A stretch of DNA of 64,000 nt from an uncultured Chloroflexia bacterium. GTDB taxonomy: Bacteria; Chloroflexota; Limnocylindria; Limnocylindrales; CSP1-4. Below are positions 61,217-64,000 of this stretch, piece by piece. Position 1 is the first letter of the stretch. Each line of letters begins with the position of its first letter. Both the position numbers and the translations under genes were made by a program. The notes under the pieces are model-generated. The model saw only the letters and a program-made list of their open reading frames with translations. It was not told where the DNA came from and made no database searches. The stretch covers positions 64,001-128,000 of the forward strand of contig CAVVNQ010000015.1 of assembly GCA_963749705.1 (NCBI GenBank), in the 5' to 3' direction.

Positions 61217-62095
61217 CTAGTCCACGGGAGCGGCCGCGACCGACGCCTGGGGCGTCATACGCGCATACGCGACGAGCGCGAGCAGCGCCGCGAGGCAACC
61301 CAGGAACGAGTTGATGGTCACGGTCGGCACGAACAGGACATTCGACTGCGTCGATGTCGCGACGATCGTCGCCAGCAGCGTGAGGAGTCGCGAGAGCACG
61401 CCGATGGGCAGCGCCACCGCGAGGAGCCCCCAGAACGCCGGCGGCGCGTCCGACTCCAGCCACGCGGCAGCCGGCACCCATACCGCGACCGCGGCGGCCG
61501 ACGGGACGATGATCATCAGGGTGGTGTCGTAGGCGTCGACCGTGGCGGACCCCGATCCGATCAGGTGGGAAGCAACGCCGATCCCCACGTACACCGCGAC
61601 GATGGTGGCAAGCACCGGCAGCCGGATCGGCCCGGTTCGCAGCCGCAGCAGCCCGAGCCCGATCAGGACGCCGCCCGCAGGCAATAGCCATGGCCCCGCG
61701 AGACCGACGGCGCTCCGTGTCCCGTCGTCGTTCTGGATCATCGGCCACAGTTGGTTCAGGGCCAGGACCAGCCGGTCAACGGCGACCAGCGCGAGTCCCA
61801 AGAGGAGCACGGTATCGGTCCGGAGCGCCTCGTGGGCCCGCCACAGGAGGGCCGCGGGCAGCGCAACGATGACGGCCGCCTCGACCGCCGACAGCAGGAT
61901 CGTGGGGACGATGTCGAGCGGGGCTCCGCCGAGCGCGCGCAGACGGACGACACCGACGAACAGGGCGACCGCGACGAACACCCACCCCAGCGGTGGCAAT
62001 CCCAGCCGGGCGAGGTCGATCGCCGGCCACGATCCGACGGCGTCCGTTGGGGTGTCAGGATCGTCAGCCACCGATGGCGCGATGTCGGTGTTCAC
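61217..62095 (-). CDS. Polytopic membrane protein
   Basis: About 8 hydrophobic segments; start uncertain (62095-62137). Confidence 0.7.
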   Translation of the reverse strand: MNTDIAPSVADDPDTPTDAVGSWPAIDLARLGLPPLGWVFVAVALFVGVVRLRALGGAPLDIVPTILLSAVEAAVIVALPAALLWRAHEALRTDTVLLLGLALVAVDRLVLALNQLWPMIQNDDGTRSAVGLAGPWLLPAGGVLIGLGLLRLRTGPIRLPVLATIVAVYVGIGVASHLIGSGSATVDAYDTTLMIIVPSAAAVAVWVPAAAWLESDAPPAFWGLLAVALPIGVLSRLLTLLATIVATSTQSNVLFVPTVTINSFLGCLAALLALVAYARMTPQASVAAAPVD

Positions 62096-62257
62096 ATCGC
62101 GGATCATCGCCCCGCCAACCCGCCTGTCAAGGGTCACCGGACCTGCGTTCCTCGTCCGCGGGCCGGGCAGAAATTCGGGGGCTGTATGGCGCTGAGCCGG
62201 CGTCCGCTCGGCTCAGCCGGATGCGACCGGAGTCGGTCGGGCAAGCGGCAGGTCGGT

Positions 62258-62911
62258 CTACGCCTTGACCCCGACCCCGATCGGGCACGCGATCCCGGTC
62301 GCCGTGTGGCAGTCGTACCCGTCCGGGTTCTTTGCCAGGTACTGCTGGTGGTAGTCCTCGGCGAAGTAGAGCTCCGGCGCCTCGACGATCTCGGTCGTGA
62401 TCGCCCCGTGGCCGGCCTTCGCGAGCTCGCCCGCGTACAGGTCGCGTGAGGCGGTTGCCGCGGCCAGCTGCGCGGGCCCGTGTGCGTAGATCGCGGAGCG
62501 GTACTGCGTGCCGACGTCGTTGCCCTGACGGTAGCCCTGGGTCGGGTCGTGCGACTCCCAGAACGTCTTGAGCAGGTGCTCGTAGGACACGACCGACGGA
62601 TCGAACACGACCCGGACGACCTCGGCATGACCGGTGTGCCCGGTGCAGACCTCGCGGTATGTCGGGTTCGGCGTGGCGCCGCCCTGGTAGCCGACGAGCG
62701 TGACCCACACCCCGGGGATCGACCAGAACTTCTTCTCGGCGCCCCAGAAGCAGCCCATCGCGAAATCGGCGACCTCGAACCCGTCGGGGTAGGGGGGCGC
62801 CAGCGGATGGCCGTTCACGAAATGGGTGCCGGGCTGGACGATGGGATCGGCGCGCCCCGAAAGGACCTCGTCGGCACGCGGCATGGATGGCTTGTGGAAC
62901 AGGAACTGCAT
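62258..62911 (-). CDS. msrA: Peptide methionine (S)-sulfoxide reductase
   Basis: [36 protein letters not shown]. Confidence 0.97.
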   Translation of the reverse strand: MQFLFHKPSMPRADEVLSGRADPIVQPGTHFVNGHPLAPPYPDGFEVADFAMGCFWGAEKKFWSIPGVWVTLVGYQGGATPNPTYREVCTGHTGHAEVVRVVFDPSVVSYEHLLKTFWESHDPTQGYRQGNDVGTQYRSAIYAHGPAQLAAATASRDLYAGELAKAGHGAITTEIVEAPELYFAEDYHQQYLAKNPDGYDCHTATGIACPIGVGVKA

Positions 62912-62992
62912 GGGACCTCCGTGTGCTCCAGAGTCTACGGCCGCCCGGTGACGGATCGGTGACCAGGGCCGGAGCGGCCACACGGATGATCG

Positions 62993-63589
62993 TCAGCCGG
63001 CGCGCAGCTCCGCGGGCGGCCGCTCGCGCTCGTCCTCGTCGGTGGCGAAGAAGTCAGCGGGCAGCCAGCCGAACACGCCCGCGAACAGCTTCGCCGGCAC
63101 CTGCGCAATGCGCGTGTTGTAGCGGTACACCTGGTCGTTGTAGAGCTCGCGCCGGTCCGCGATCACGTCCTCGAGCCGGGCGATCTCCGTCTGCAGAGCC
63201 CGGACGTTGGCGGCGGACTTCACCTCCGGGTAGCGCTCGACGACGGCGAACAGGTGGCGGACCGCCGAGCTGGTTGCGGCGCTGGTCGCCGCCTGGCGCG
63301 GGATCGGGTCCCGGTCCGAGTAGGCGGCCCGCCGCTCGGCGACCTCGCGCAGAACGTCCTGCTCGAAGGCCATGACGTCGCGGACGGCCTCGACGAGGTT
63401 CGGCAGCTCGTCGTAGCGCTGCTTGAGCGAGACATCGATGTTGGCCCATGCCTTCTCGATCCGCAGCTTGAGCGCGACGATCGCGTTGTACGTCGTCACA
63501 CCGAGAAACCCCACGATGACGGCGAGCAGCGCGACGGCGAACAGGGCAGCGACGGCGGACGAGCTCATGGTCGGACCATCATCGGCCAT
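62993..63589 (-). CDS. LemA family protein
   Basis: TM, YN..V.L, AWANID..LKQRYD.LPNLV, VERYP, YN..V..YN. Confidence 0.92.
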   Translation of the reverse strand: MADDGPTMSSSAVAALFAVALLAVIVGFLGVTTYNAIVALKLRIEKAWANIDVSLKQRYDELPNLVEAVRDVMAFEQDVLREVAERRAAYSDRDPIPRQAATSAATSSAVRHLFAVVERYPEVKSAANVRALQTEIARLEDVIADRRELYNDQVYRYNTRIAQVPAKLFAGVFGWLPADFFATDEDERERPPAELRAG

Positions 63590-63625
63590 GGGACGGCGCG
63601 CGACACGCTCACTCGCCCGACACGC

Positions 63626-64000
63626 TCAGGCGCCCGACAGCAGGGTCGCCGCCGCCACCGCCGAGCCGATCGCCAGGAGCGCGCCCAGGAGCCCCACGAG
63701 GAACTGTCCCTCCTGCCGCTCGGCGGCTTCCCCCGGTTGCCCGAAGGCGACGAGCAGCGGTCGGTCGGGCATCGTCGCGATCACGAGGAGGTCGGGCTCG
63801 AGATCGAACGTCCGGCCGATCGTCGCGGCCTCGTCTGCGCCGGCGAGCTCCGGCGGACTGGCCCGAGCATCGAGCTCTGGCTCGATCACCGGCCGGCCCA
63901 CCCCGAACCCCGGGATCGCCGCGTTGCCCCAGGCCTCCTCGGGGGTGAGCAGCTCGCCGGCGGCCCGTGCCTCGGCGATCTCGGCCGCGACCGTCGGATC
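63626..64000 (-). CDS. Hypothetical membrane protein, C-terminal part (5' end outside window)
   Basis: Frame open from the window edge (DPTVAAEIAEARAAG...) to a C-terminal TM helix; upstream of lemA. Confidence 0.65.
   Translation of the reverse strand, partial: DPTVAAEIAEARAAGELLTPEEAWGNAAIPGFGVGRPVIEPELDARASPPELAGADEAATIGRTFDLEPDLLVIATMPDRPLLVAFGQPGEAAERQEGQFLVGLLGALLAIGSAVAAATLLSGA

Overview
Very GC-rich bacterial chromosomal window. Gene content and style suggest Chloroflexota (possibly Limnocylindria-like) or a related Gram-positive-type soil lineage; this is inference only. Core genes are dnaG-rpoD, tRNA-Asn(GTT), an aspC/tyrB-type aminotransferase and msrA. Accessory content is dense: five ABC transporter loci, several MarR/TetR/HxlR/ArsR regulators, an arsM-arsR-glutaredoxin arsenic module, a TrkA/CPA2 potassium locus, a class III adenylate cyclase, a degenerate GGDEF protein, a di-heme peroxidase and a Phd-VapC toxin-antitoxin pair. 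The strongest candidate for an undescribed system lies just after tRNA-Asn: a ~1574-aa SARP/BTAD + pseudokinase + STAND NTPase + TM + sugar-binding protein (split by one extra A), divergent from a secreted HExxH protein. The second is an AAA-LuxR regulator whose divergent targets (TusA-DsrE and a PD40 propeller) share an identically spaced promoter motif. Also present are a malT-like/DUF4386 deletion scar, many probable leaderless genes, several short tandem duplications and inverted-repeat elements, and four +1 homopolymer frameshifts that look like sequencing errors. No CRISPR array, integrase or transposase was found.
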